Shown here: positions 1-13,700 of the stretch, in pieces
Position numbering within the stretch: the first letter of the stretch is position 1
Layout of the letters: each line of letters starts with the position of its first letter
Assembly: GCA_023213395.1 (NCBI GenBank)
Contig: CM041465.1
Location: 161,517,741-161,581,740 of the forward strand
Length of the DNA stretch: 64,000 nucleotides
Direction: 5' to 3'
DNA from: Cycas panzhihuaensis
Lineage: Eukaryota; Plantae; Cycadophyta
The notes under the pieces: model-generated
The model's input: the letters and a program-made list of their open reading frames with translations, nothing else
Told to the model about the DNA's origin: nothing
Database searches by the model: none
Program-made: the position numbers and the translations under genes

Positions 1-1260
1 TCCAAGAACCTTTTTTATGTATCAAAATAGAGAAGGAGGGGGCATAAGCCCCTTATCCAAGCTAGCCCAGGTCATACAGAGAGTAATATGACTGCTTGTT
101 GGAGGGATGGAGGGGGCTAGGACTCCAAATCTTATGAAATATATTTAATATTTTAAAAACTAAAAATATAAAAAAGTAATCCATAACTTTTGAGATCTGC
201 CCCTTTTAACAAGGTCATATGGGTCAGTATATGACCTCAAACCAAAGCAAGGGGGGCTAAATCAAATCCACGCATCTGCAAATCTTAAATTCTATGAAAT
301 CTAATTTAATTAAATCTAAACTTTATAAAAAATAAAATATTTTACCAACGAAAATTTGCCCATTAACAAAGATACGCAGGTGCAAATCGATCAATGATTT
401 TGATCAGAAAATTGATCTAAACATAGATTGATCATACCCACAAATCCATGAAGGGGGGTGTAATGATCCATGTACCAAAAATATACTCTAAAAATATATT
501 TTTATATATAAAACTGAAGAAATAAATTATTAAGAGCGCGGTTGATAAACACTAAATCTGCATAAAAGAATATCAAACTTTCGATCAAAAGGCAGATTGA
601 ATACTTACCACAGGGGCTCCAAAATTTATTTTTGAAAAATATATAAATATTATTAAAAAATAAAGGAGGAAAAAAAAAAGTTTACTAAGCGGCTGATAGA
701 CTGCGCATAAATGGGCAAAGTCGAGGAGCTTCGACCAATGAAAAGATGTAGCAAATAATTGAAATGGACCTTTAAATCTTACAAGTAGGGTACCACAATG
801 TAAACAGGAGATCTGGAAAGAAATAGTAAAGAAAATTGATCCAAGTATAAGTCTTTCAAACCTAGATGACCGTGGAGGGTGCACAGCAATGAGGAAGACA
901 TATAAATCATAACAAGCTTAAAAATAGGTTGGGATAGCCTCAATTAGTTTGTATTAAGCTTGTGCCATTGTAACAAAAGAAACCAAATGAAAAACAAAGA
1001 GAAAATAAATAAATAGAAGAAGGGCAATGGGGTTTCACTACTCAAACTAAGTAGTCTATGTCTGTGAGGAAGATCTCTTCGTAAGAGTGATAAAATTTGA
1101 AACCGTCAAATCCAATACGAAGCTAACTTAGAGAGCTTCAAAACAAGTGGTCACTTGATATTATTTGGATCACCGTGGAGAGCACACCAATATGTAGAAG
1201 TCTAAGTTTCTTATAAAACTTCAAAATTTTAGTAGAAAATAATTAATATCATAAGAAAAT

Positions 1261-1498
1261 ATTAGTTAAAATGGAAATATAATGGCTCCAAATGATTGTT
1301 GGGTTAATTATAGCTATATACTCTACATAGATCTAAGAAAATATAAATTATTTTGTTGCAAAACCTTAAAAAATTAATGAAAATTGATTAAAATCATGAA
1401 AATATTAGTTGAAGTGCCAATATAATGGCTCCAAATGATTGTTGGGCTAGTTATGGCTACACACTCTACATAGATCTAAGAAAATACAGATTATTTTG
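1261..1498. repeat. ~94-bp direct repeat (1261-1354 and 1404-1498) in the leader of A
   Basis: ATTAGTT...TATAATGGCTCCAAATGATTGTTGGG...CTCTACATAGATCTAAGAAAAT occurs twice. Confidence 0.85.
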
Positions 1499-1762
1499 AA
1501 TATACAAATCAAAAATAGTCAAATTTTTAGCAAAAAGAATATAAAAATTATCAATAAACTTTATAAAAATTGAATAAAAACTCAATATAGTGTTTTCCAT
1601 GAGCAATTTGATAGATCTCCTTTTTAAAACGCAATAGATCTTTTCTTTGATGCCAAATGAAGACAACTCAAGTAGCTTTAAATGTAGATCAAGATCTAAA
1701 ATGCTAAATGAAACCAAGTAGGCTAAGATCAAGATGCTTGATACAAAATGTTACCAAGATAT

Positions 1763-1775
1763 AGCTCTGATACCA
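1763..1775 (-). promoter_or_regulatory. Primer binding site (tRNAiMet) of element A
   Basis: TGGTATCAGAGCT on the minus strand, directly adjacent to the LTR end. Confidence 0.85.
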
Positions 1776-2176
1776 TGTTAAAGTATAGAGAACAGAGCAT
1801 AGCAAGTGAATATATAAATCAAATTAGTATTCAATCCATATTAAGAGTGCATATTCAAAAGATCATTATATTAAGCCATCTTTGAAGAGTACATCCAAAT
1901 ATTCTTTATTGAAGGTGGTGTTAATAAACATCAGGGTTTTACACCCCATAAAATATATACTTGGGAGGAAGGAGGGAACCTCCTTAATATCCAAATTTAA
2001 AATAATATAAAATAATAACAAAGCATTATAATAATAGCACATAATAATATTACCTTAACTTACTATATAGATGCGTGCACTTCACATGTTCCTAAGGTGG
2101 GAGTTAGGTGAAGAACATTAACCCCAACAAACCCTTGATAGAACCTCTTGAAAGGGAGCCTAAATAATAAAGGAAG

Positions 2177-3380
2177 ATGGCAAATCTAGAGTACGAAATA
2201 GAGAAAAATTATTGAGAATGGAGCAAAATTTTAAAAGATTAACTCAGCTTGTGGCACAACTTATATCCCAGTAGGGTGCATTCTCTTCCATAACCAAAGG
2301 CAAAAAGAAAAAAGAAGATGAATTGATAAAGAAGAAGATAAGTGAAGGTACTAGGAAGGGCTTGTAGATGACTAACAAAATAAGGAAGAAAGAGATGAGG
2401 ATCCATCTTTAGAGAAGCCCATGATAGCACATCTATTCAAGGTTGAGGCAAAATTAAAATTGCCCATCTATGATGGGACTATGGATGCTGAGAAGCTGGA
2501 TAATTGGCTAGACCAATTAGAGATATATTTCTTAATTTATGGTTATAAGAACCAGGAGAGGATTACATTTTCTATGCTATAACTCTCCAAACACGCATTG
2601 GTTTGGTGGAATGCATATCTAAAATCCCATAATGTAGCTGAGATAATATGTCAACAATTTAAATCCTTTATTAAAAAGCAATTCTACCCTATTGGACAAG
2701 AAGAATAGAAGTGGATTAAATGGCAGTATTATAAACAAGAAAGGGGCTACAATGTCTAAAATTATACAACAGAATTTCAAAAGCAAGCTATTATATTAAG
2801 AATTTTATTAAATAGCAAAGATATACTATTGAAATATATTAGAGGTCTACACCAATATATTCAATAGGAACTCTAGCTATTCAGAGTGAAAACCCTTGAT
2901 GAGGCCAGCAAGAAAGCAATTGCTATTGAGAAGACGAATAAGAAGTTTTATACAGAGAGGAAACTATATATACCTCAAGAAGATAGCAACAAACCTCCTC
3001 AAGGAAGAAAAAGTAAGCCAATACCACTCAAATCAAAGTCCCTTGCATGCATTACAAGTAGGCAGGACATAGCATATAAGATTGTTGGTTTTTACATCCA
3101 AAGAAGTGGCCCAAGAACAAGGGAAAAGATAAAGCTAAACTTGAAGATAAAGCTTTACTCAATACCATAGGAGAAGAAGACATTTGTGGTACTAAAGGAG
3201 CCAATGAGAAGTCAATACTCATGGCTAATGCTAAACCTTAAAATAATTATTAACAAGTTGATCCAAAGATTAGAGAGGAGTTTTTCCTAGTGAGAATTTA
3301 GGTAAAATAAAGCATGGTTGATACCATCTTTAATGGATAAAGCCAAAAGAATTTAATCTTAGAGGCCTTAGTGAAGAAGT
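2177..3380 (+). pseudogene. gag and N-terminal protease of element B (many stops)
   Basis: Retrotransposon gag motifs, followed by EEFFLVRI*VK*SMVDTIFNG*SQKNLILEALVKK ending at the insertion point. Confidence 0.8.
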
Positions 3381-3761
3381 TGTTAAAACATTATAATATC
3401 TCCTCCATTCTTTAAATCTATGTAAATTAATGTTTATAATATATAATGGACCCCTGATGTAATTTAATCACATTAGAAAGTGAGGTTGAGTCCATCTCTT
3501 ATGTTGTTAAGATGACCTATCCCAATGCATAGTAATCTTAGTGGATGGCTATAAATATTACCCTGCACCTTTGTACTTTACATTAGATTTTGATTAATGT
3601 AGAAGCTCTTCCCGAGAGAGAGTCTATAGTGTGGTGAATTCATATATATACTTACAAACTCATTTGTCTTAAATATTTACTTAATTTGGTGATTATTTAT
3701 TAATATTTCAGTCACTATACTCAATTTATGGTACATGTATTTAGACCTTATTGTTCTCACA
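3381..3761 (+). repeat. 5' LTR of Copia C
   Basis: TGTTAAAACA...CTCACA, colinear with 10384-10766. Confidence 0.93.
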
Positions 3762-5691
3762 TGGTATTAGAGATGAAGCGTACTTGATTTTAGAGTATTT
3801 TGGTGATTTCAAGCTTATTTTACTTTATTTTCTTCATGTTTTGTGGTAAATCTAAGGTTTTATGTAGTGTTAGAGCTCATACACAATTGGTTGTGAGAGA
3901 TTTCAGCCTCCCATAGTAGATTTAGAAGCTCATTTACATCCATCTCGGGTTTTACTTAGTTTTGTTGAAGAAAATGTGCGAAAAATCACGTTTTTTACTT
4001 ATTGCAACTATATTACTGATGACTTTTACTTGTTGGAGTGTTACTAGGGTTTGTAGTAGCCTCACACCCATTTCCAATGCTTGACCAAGGAGTTTTCTAT
4101 AGTTTTTTTGCTATTTTTGGCTATGTTCTTCATTGTAGAGTCTACAAAGGATTTGTGACTTTGACAGCTTTGTGCAACCTCTATAGAGTGTCGTTTTTAG
4201 TCTTGTTTATTTTGTTAGCTCCATCTAGGTCCTACACCCCTCTCTCTAAAATTTCACAACATTTGGTGATCATTTGGGGTGCCTTTAAGCTCATTAAACC
4301 TCCACGGGCCTCACGCACCTCACGTACATGTTGTGTGGCCTTAAAACATTAAAAATTTTAATTTTTTTTAATCATATGATTTATTACTTTAGTGAAATAA
4401 TATTAAATCATATTTAAAATCCATTCAAATCCACTTTAGCCCCTCCATTTGATCGTATTAAGGCTACATGTGGCCTTTTTCCTTTGACTAAAGGGTAGAC
4501 TTCAAGCCTAAATAAACTAGATTTAATTTTTTTTATGTGAAAAAGTTATAAACTCTTTTGGATAACTCTTCACATCCATCAACCCGCTAGCAGCATTCGT
4601 AGGTGGTCATATGGGGCCTATAGGTGACCAGGGGCCAATCTAAAGGAGGTTTAATCCTATTTTCATTTTATTTTTTTACATAAAAAGGTGCTTGTATTAT
4701 GTATGTGATATCTCCTCAATCGTGCATCTACTTTTCAAACCATCTAAAGCACCAAAACATTGACTCAAAGCTCTACAACTTAGAATCAAATTAAGCTAGA
4801 TTTAGAGATTATTTAAAGGAGATATTAACTACTTAATTTAACCCTTATGTTTGAGTTATTTGAGCCTTACTTTTCAAGATTTGAAGGCATTTTTCAGTTT
4901 TCTTGAGGTTATTTTTCTAGATTAGGTTGTGGCTTATCATTTTCAGTTGTTCAATTCTAATTTTGAAGGCTAATAAGTGCTTGGTGATGTCTCATATATA
5001 GGTGTTACTCTTGGAAGGTTAAAGAAGTTAACTCTCAAAGCTTGGTCCATTAAGAGCATTCTAAACCTACCCCTTTCATTTCAATTTACTTTATTTCCTT
5101 TGCATCTCATTTATTGCTTTAAAAAGAACCTATTTTATGTAAGAAACTCACTTTAAAAATTAAATTTTCACATTAAAAATATAACTCTCGAATTGAACCC
5201 CCATTTCTAGCCTTACAAGGGGAACGGTTAGGACCCCTAAAGTTACCACCATGTATACGCCCTTGGCCTACTCATATTAGATGAGAAATGTCATTGGCTA
5301 TAAGGTTTAATAGGTGGAAGGTTGAGGAGGAGACCCTATCTTTTAGAGTTTAGAGACTAGGCTAGACTTAGGGGGTGAGTGCCTTAGTTAGTTATCACTA
5401 CTAGATCTATCGTTCATCATGAGACCAATATAGGTGGTGAAACAAATCAAGAGGGTCTTAGGACCTTCTTAGCAATGCACGTACTGAGGTATATTAAACC
5501 CTTGAGCTCACATACTAGTATATTGGGTCCCTAGTTTTCCACTTGTGGGCAGGCACCATTAGACAGGATAGTAATCGAGAGATTTCTTGCAGACCCTTTG
5601 CCTTAGAATCCTAGATTAGAAGCCACTTAGGTAGATTAGTATCTCATCACATAAAAATTTTAAAAATATCAAACACAAAAACCTTTCAAAC

Positions 5692-8600
5692 ATGGCATTA
5701 CAAATGCTTCTTTCCAACAACATCAAACTGAATGGTATTAATAACTTTATACCATAGAAAAAGCAAGTCAAAAACTTACTCATCATGAATGAATATTAGG
5801 CCTATGTCAATAGGGACATAGCCATACCTAAGCCCATTCAAGATCCTAATGATCCCATTAAAACTATTCTACCTAATCTTGTAGCCTTAATAAACTTCAA
5901 AGCTAAGGACAACATAGCATTATCCTTCCTCCACTTGGTAGTTAAAGACAAAATAGATCAAAAGATTGAAACAACACAATGCTCAAATAAAGTTTGGACC
6001 ATACTTCGTTCCCTCTATGAGAGGAAGGATGAATCTAGGTCTGTTACCCTTAAGGCTCACCTATTTACCATACCTTTTGTCAGAAACATTACAAATCATT
6101 TGATCGAAGTCAAAACCATTAGAAACTAGTTGATTATCCTTGAGAAGCCTCCTTTTGACCATGACCTAATCTCAAGCATTATAAACAATGTACCTATTGA
6201 ATACAACTCCTTTATCTCTAAGTTATATGAAAACTACTCCAAGGTAGACTTAATAACCTTTGAGGGGCTCTTGCTTCGAGAGGAAAATATTCTCAATCGA
6301 TTAGGGATGACATCGACATCTGACTCAACTCTTGCCTTTGTAGCCTAAAACACAAAAAAAATGCAAGACTATTAATAGAGCAACCTAATAGCTTAGTTAG
6401 CAATAAGACCTAAATCAACTCTTGGATTCTCTCTCTATATATATAATAAGAGTTACATCAGTAGCTAGTTCAACAACATCTTATTGGCACCTCCACCTCT
6501 TTTTGTCTAAATCAATAGTCTCAATAGTCACAACATCAACCACAGGGATAGTCTCAAAAGAACCAATAGGGCAAACAAAATGTAACCTGTCACTACTATG
6601 GAAAATCTAAACACCTAGTTGTTGAATGCAAGAGAAGACAAAATAATGTATAACTCTTATAAAACAAAGGGAGCCAAGCATATAGGTCAGTTTATCAATA
6701 ACTACCCCTTATTTATCAATAAGGAGCACCTACATACCATCAAGGAGGCCCTAGTTACAATCAACAAAGATAAGGAGCTTCTTATCAATAAGGAGAACCA
6801 TGCCTTCCTCAAGAAGACCCCTTTCCACAATAAGGAGACCCTCATTATCAATACGATGGTCTCGTTTAGTAACCGGGAGGCATTTTCTACCCATAAAGGG
6901 GGTTATCATATCAACTTCAAGGTTAATTCTATCAGCAGAATTGGAATCCAAGGCCCACACAAGGTAAAAGACCTCAAAATAGGTAATGGTTCTTAAATAA
7001 GAATCAAAGGAACCAACAATACAATTAACAACAAGGTGGTAATATGGGAGATGGTCAAGACTCCTCCTCTCATAACCTATTTTTTATAGCATTATCCTCT
7101 CAGCTTGATGAGACCACATGGCTTCTTGATTCTGATACAACAAGACACATGATAGGTTTTAAAAAAATATTAAAAGATACCCAACCAATCAACACTCAAA
7201 TAGTCACATTTAGGGATAACATGACTTACAATGTGACCAAAATTGGTAGGGCACTAATCACATTAAAAGACTCCAACATTAGACACCACATCAGTAATGT
7301 GTTCCTTGTACCTAGTATGAAGATGAACCTACTTTCTATCAGTTAAATGGATAAGAATAACTTAGATGTCCTCTTTAGCCAAGGCATTTATGGAATTATA
7401 GATCATGCTACAGATAAACTTGTGGCCATAAGATATAAAAATAGCGGCTTATATAGGCTAGACAGTGTCCCTCTTATCATTACTCCTCAACATGAATCTT
7501 GCTCAATGGGCAACACAACTCAATGTGATAAGGGAAAGGATGTAATTGAGGAAGAATCCCCTTACATACTTGAACCAGGCAAATGCTCCTACTCAAAAGA
7601 TGAAGTGACCACAAATAGATCCAAAGACTACCATAAGTATTAACACCTAGGTCATTTGAATATGCAAAGCTTGAACCTCATGTCTAAGCTTAAAATAGTA
7701 TATGACCTACCCAAAATCAAGAGATACCAGAATATATGTAAGGCATGCCTAAAGAGAAAGCAACAAAGAGAAAAATTCCCTTCCAAGAATGCATGGAGAG
7801 CTTCACAACCATTAGAGTTAATACATTCTAATATTTATGGCCCTATGTCCATATAATCTCTCAATGGTAGTCGATATTTTATCACCTTGATAAATGACTT
7901 CTCAAGAAAAGTATGAGTCTACTTCTTAAGAAAAAGATATCAAGCCCTAAATAGATTCAAAGAGTTTAAAGCTGCTACTGAAAATGAAAGCAAGATGAGA
8001 ATCAAGACCTTTAGATCTGATAATGGTGGTGAATATATTTCAAATTAGTTCAAAAACTTTTGTAAATAACATGGTATCCCACATCAATTTTCTACTCCAC
8101 ACACCCCAGCAGAATGGTGTAGTTGAAAGGATGAATTCGACTTTAATTAACAAAGGAAAATCCATGCTTAGTGTGATCAACTTTGCCACCAGATTTTGGG
8201 CTAATGCCATTGACACAATTTCTTACCTAACCAACATACGTCCCATAGTTATAATTAGGAATATTACTCCCAAAGAAGCTTGGTCAGGTTAGAAACCATC
8301 TGTAGATCACTTAAGGATTTTTTGATGCATATCATATAAATATATCCCAAAGGATAGTAGAAAGAAGCTTGATGACAAGAGCCTTAAGTGCATCTTCCTT
8401 AGTTGTGTACCTAGTTACAAAGCTTATAAAGTCTTTGATATTGTTAATAACCTAGCTTACATGACATGGGATGTAATCTTTGCGGAAGAACCACATGTAT
8501 TGACACCTCCTCTACATCATATTGTAGTAGAAGATGAAGTTGGTGTGACACAAGTGACTCTTAGATAAACTCTGGAGCCACTTGTACTAGCTTACTCCTA

Positions 8601-10376
8601 CACTCCTAGTCCATCATTAGTTCCAACAGCTTCTTTGTCATCCACTCACGTAAGCATAAATGTATGTCTCATTTTAATTGATGACCTTTAGGTGGAAGCT
8701 ACCAGCTTTTAGCCACCTCTTAAGTGGGTATAATAGCTTTTAAAGGATGTTCCTCCTCCTTCCACAACTGTAAAGAGGCCTTCTAAGATAAGACACTCCA
8801 CAAACTTTGCTCTTATAACACATGTTCTCAAGACTCTTAAGCTTTCTATATTTGAGGAGGCAGTCAAAGACCAAACGTGCAAAGTAGTTATGGATGAAGA
8901 GATGAATTCTATATTTTAAAATGACATTTGAGAGATGGCTAAATTACCACTTGGGAAGAAAGAAATTGACTATAGATGACTATACAAGATAAAATTCCAT
9001 GTAGATGGCACTGTAGAGTGTCACAAATCTTGACTTGTTGTAAGAGGTTTCAAACAGTAGGAAAGAATTGACTATAATAAGACCTTTGTATCGGTAGCCA
9101 ACATAACCACATTCTGTTTGGTTATGTCCCTAGTAGCCCAATTTGGATGGCTTGTTTGCCAAATGGATGTGAAGAGTGCTTTCCTCAATGGAGAGCTCAA
9201 AGAAGAGGTTTTCTTAAAATAACTCCCATGCTATGTTGTTCCAAGATAAGAACACTTAGTTTGTAGACTCAACAAAGCCCTTTATAGACTCAAGCAAGCA
9301 CCACATGCCTGGTATACCAAGATAGATGTATTTCTCACTTGGCATGGATTCAATCGTTTACCCTCTAACCTTAATCTATATATTTGGGTTAGAGATAATT
9401 TGATCACCATCATTATACTTGATATGGATGATCTTGCTATCATTGACAATGATATAGATGGAATTTCTTAGCTTTAATTAGAGTTAAAGAGTAATTTTGA
9501 TATGACTAATCTTGACCTACTCCACTACTTCCTTGGAATTGAAGTTTGGTGAAAACTAGAACACATCCTCCTATATCAAACTAAGTATGCCAATGAACTC
9601 TTGGAAAGATTTAGAATGATAGAATGCACACCTACACCAATTCCTATGGAGACAATAACCAAGTTGAACCTAGATAAATAAGGAAAACCTTTTGATCACA
9701 TTTTATACTAGAAGTTAATTAGGAGTCTCATCTATCTCATTCACACTCGCTCGAATATCTCATGTGCAATAGGGATCTAATCTAGCTATATATCATAACC
9801 TAAAGTATCTCATTGAAAAGCAGCCACAAGGATTCTTAAATATATCCATGGTACACATTAGTTTGGCCTTGAGAACAATAATATTAAATCACCTATTCTA
9901 AAGGGATATACAGATGTTGATTGGGATGGTTTCCAGGATACATGCCACTCAACATTAGGATATTATTTTAACTTGGACTCAATTGTAATCTCATGGAGCT
10001 ATAAAAAACAACCCAATGTTTCTCTCTCATCAACCAAAGTCAAATACAAAGTAGTCATCCATGCCACTACAGAGTTGATTTGGCTCAAAAGGATTCTCGC
10101 TAAGCTCGGACTTCAACAATGTGCACCTACCATCCTGTACAGTGACAATCAAGGCATGTTAAAGATGATGAAGAATGATGTGTTCCATGCTAGAACCAAG
10201 CACATTAAGGTCGACCATCACTTTATCCATGAGCATGTCTAGAATGGAGAAGTTGTTCTCATCTACCATCCTACTAAAGACCAAGCTACAGATATCTTCA
10301 CTAAAGCACTTGGTAAACTAAAGTTTGAACGATTTAGATTTGACCTCGACATTCGAAGAAATAAAGTTTCTATTAA
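5692..10376 (+). pseudogene. Copia C gag-pol pseudogene
   Basis: Degenerate zinc knuckle CHYYGKSKHLVVEC ~6588-6630; protease WLLDSDTTRHM ~7118; integrase TPQQNGVVER ~8102; RT QMDVKSAFLNG ~9160; RNase H FHARTKHIKVDHHF ~10183. Confidence 0.92.
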
Positions 10377-10383
10377 GGGAGGG

Positions 10384-10766
10384 TGTTAAAACATTGTAGT
10401 ATCTCCTCTATTTCTTTAAATCTATATAAATTAATGTTAAACAATGTATAATAGACCCCTAATGTAATTTAATCACATTGGATAATGAGGTCGAGTCCAC
10501 CTCTTATGCTATTAAGTTAGCCTATCCCAATGCATTGTAATCTTGGCGGATGACTATAAATATTGCCATGCACCTTTGTATTTTATATCAGATTTTGATT
10601 AATATAGAAGCTCTGTGCGAGAGAGAGCCTACGGTGTGGTGAATTCACCTATACACTTGCAAACTTATTTGTCTTGAATATTTGCTTGATTTAGTAATTA
10701 TTTGTTAATATTTTGATAACTATACTCAATTCAGGGTACATGTATTTAGATCTTGTAGTTCTCATA
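10384..10766 (+). repeat. 3' LTR of Copia C
   Basis: Homologous to 3381-3761; terminal CA has mutated to TA. Confidence 0.93.
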
Positions 10767-10771
10767 GAAGT

Positions 10772-13700
10772 TGGGATTAACGATACATGCGCATCTAAAA
10801 CCATATCATCTTAGATGGCTACAGAAAGATTCAGAACTATGGGTTACTTACCTATGTAAATTCAAGTTTACAATTTTAGAAAGGTTCATTGATTAGGTTA
10901 AATGCGAAGTGGTTCCCCTAGATATTTGTCAAGTTATATTTAGCAACCTATATCTCTATGATAGAGATGGAGTTTATCAAATAAGGCTGAGAAAGATTCA
11001 ACTCATCAAGGACGGTAAAGCATATCTTATTAATACATCAAAAACTCAAAAGAAGATCTCTCTCATATCCTCCTAATAAGTAAAGAGATTGATCAATGCT
11101 TGTAAAAATTTTATGTTATTGATAGTGAAGTAAAAGATGGAAGAAAAAGAGTAAGCAAAGTCCTCAATGTAGGCACTGGATAGGAAATAATTGTAGTAGA
11201 TTAAAGGCCTAAAGAATAGATATAATTCTGTATTACATAACCCAAAAGAGATGGCCCCCTAAGAGGGAAATTGAGTATGAAATCTAGCTAGTTGTTGATT
11301 CACCTTTGCCTAATTTTAGTCTTTATCGAAACTTTGTTTTAGAGAATGAAGAGATTGAGAAGTAAATTCAAGAACTCTTGGAGCAAGGAGAGATCAAGTT
11401 ATTTCCCTTGTGGTTAACCTATTATTTTGGTGCTAAAGAAAGATGGAGGTTAGAGAATGTGCATTGACTATCAGGCATTAAACAAGATTACAATAATGAA
11501 TCGACATCCCCTACCATGGATAAATGACTTATTAGACCAGTCGTAGTTTGCAAGATATTTCAACGAGTTGGACTTGAAATCAGGATACTATTAAGTTTGA
11601 ATCTAGGAAGAGGACATTTGGAAGACAACCTTCAAATCAAACAAAGGGTTGTTTGAAAGGATGGTAATACCTTTTGGTTTATGCAAGGCACCTACCACCT
11701 TCATGAGGTTGATGAATAAGGTATTGAGACCCTTCATTAATGATTTTGTTATTGTTTAGCTAGAAGATATTCTGGTTTTCAGTTAGACATGGGAGGAGCA
11801 CCTCCAATATGTTGAGCAAGTACTTAAAGTACTTAAATAGTAGTAGCTAAAACTTAACTTAAAGAAGTGTGAGTTTGAGTAGCAATCTCTCATCTTCTTG
11901 GGATTTGTAGTTGGAGGAGGAGAATTGAAGATTAACCCAATAAATATTAGAGTCATTCTCAATTAGCCTACACCCAAGACAACCATGAAAATAAGGAGTT
12001 TCATTAGTGCTTGTCAATATTTAAGAAAGTGTATTTTCAAATTCTCTTAGATTACAGCACCTTTACATGCATTGACAGAAGGGCATGTAAAATTTCATTA
12101 GGAGTATGAGTAAGAGAAAGCTTTTAGGCTTCTAGAGTAGAAAATTTATGAAGCGACGATGTTAGCTTTACCATCATTGCAAAAACCATTTGAGTTGGAG
12201 ACCGATGCTTTAGGCTATGCTTTGGGAGCAATATTGAAGTAAAAGAGAAGACTAATAGTATATCATTTAAAAAATTTCAATGAAGCTATGAAAAATTACC
12301 TAACTTATGATAAAGATCTTTATGCATTACACCACGCGGTCAAGCATTGGAGACCTTACTTATTAGGAAAAGAGATAGTCATCTACATCAACCATAAGCC
12401 TTTGCAATTCTTATAGATACAATCTAAATTATAGTAAGTTAGGCACATAAAGTGGATATCTTATTTACAGTAGTTTTATATCGTGGTCAAGTACAAGAAA
12501 AGTATAATAAATAAAATTATAAATTTGTTATCTAGACCTCCTTAATAGCAAGGTATTTCTAGCTTGTTAGTAGCTCTATAATTTTAGCCTTTTTACCATG
12601 ATGAGTATGCAAATTTGTACATGGAATATGGGGTATTCAAGCCCATCTTGGAGTAGCTATAATAGGAAAAAATAGTTACTGATCTTCAGATGAGAAATAG
12701 TCTATTCTACAAGCATGACAAGCTTTGTATTCCAAAGCATGTAGACCAATTGAATTAGGTAAGAGAATGTCACACCTCTCAAGTAACAAGACACTTCAGA
12801 GTGGAAAAAATATTGTTGAATTTATAGTGATATATGTATTAACCCAATATGTAGTGAGACTTGACTATAATAGCATGAGGATGTACCTTATGTATCATAT
12901 CAAAGCTGGCCAATTGTAAGTTAGGATTGTACACTCTAATTCCTGTTCCATCATGACCATGGAAGAGTATATTGATGGATTTCCTCAGAGGACTACCACA
13001 AACTAAAAATGGTATAGATTATTTGTTTGTAGTTATTGATCTATTCAATAAAATAGTGGTATTGATTCCCTGTAGGAAGATAGTTATTGGTCTATTCAAT
13101 AAAATGGTGGTATTGATTCCTTGTAGGAAGACACATACAAGAGAAGATAGCTAAATTATTTTTCTAGCATGTTTGGAAACATTTTAGGCTTCCAAACTCT
13201 ATCATTTTTTATCAAGACAATAGATTTTTGAGTCGTTTTTAGTAAGCTCTTTGGGGGGTGATGGATACAAAGTTAAAGATGAGCATGGTTTTCCATCCTT
13301 AAATAGATGATCATATTGAAGTTGTTAATAGGACATTGGTGCAACTACTTCGAGGATATAATGCCAAGCATCCCAAGACTTTAGATAAAAGTCTCCTATA
13401 CTTGCAATTTATATTCAATAGTGTAATTCATAGCTTAACTCAAAAGTCACCATTTGAGGTATGTTTAGGATTTCTTCCTACAAGTCCATTTGATTTAGAA
13501 TTTTTAGACCAATTTATTGTTGAAAATGGAAAGAAGGAAGAAGAACAATAAAAGGTGTAAAGATTCTTGGAAAGAATTAAAAAAATTCATCAATAGGTTA
13601 AGGAGCAGCTTCAAAATATTAGTAAAGATATAGACAAAGACATGATGCACATAGAGCTAGCCATTCCATCAAGGAAGGAGATAGAGTTTGGTTACATCTC

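Larger units (their letters stand above)
1..2129 (-). mobile_element. Element A: 5' LTR, PBS and long leader of a Copia-like LTR retrotransposon; the body lies left of the window
   Basis: AGCTCTGATACCA at 1763-1775 is the reverse complement of the tRNAiMet PBS. It abuts an LTR-like segment TGTTA...CAACA (1776-~2129). The reverse complement of 1-260 resembles the Copia C leader (TACATAAAAAAGGTTCTTG vs TACATAAAAAGGTGCTTG near 4677-4694; TTAGCCCC near 4436). Confidence 0.65.
3381..10766 (+). mobile_element. Element C: full-length degenerate Ty1/Copia with 5-bp TSD GAAGT
   Basis: LTRs at 3381-3761 and 10384-10766; degenerate PBS TGGTATTAGAG at 3762; PPT AAGGGAGGG before 10384; TSD GAAGT at 3376-3380 and 10767-10771; domain order gag-PR-INT-RT-RH. 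Confidence 0.95.

Noticed and set aside
5475-5494. GCACGTAC resembles the 3' arm of group II intron domain V (also at 62335-62344)
   Set aside because: Neither copy has the RAGCCGTATGC 5' arm, GNRA loop or domain VI. I also found no hammerhead CUGANGA/GAAA core by eye.
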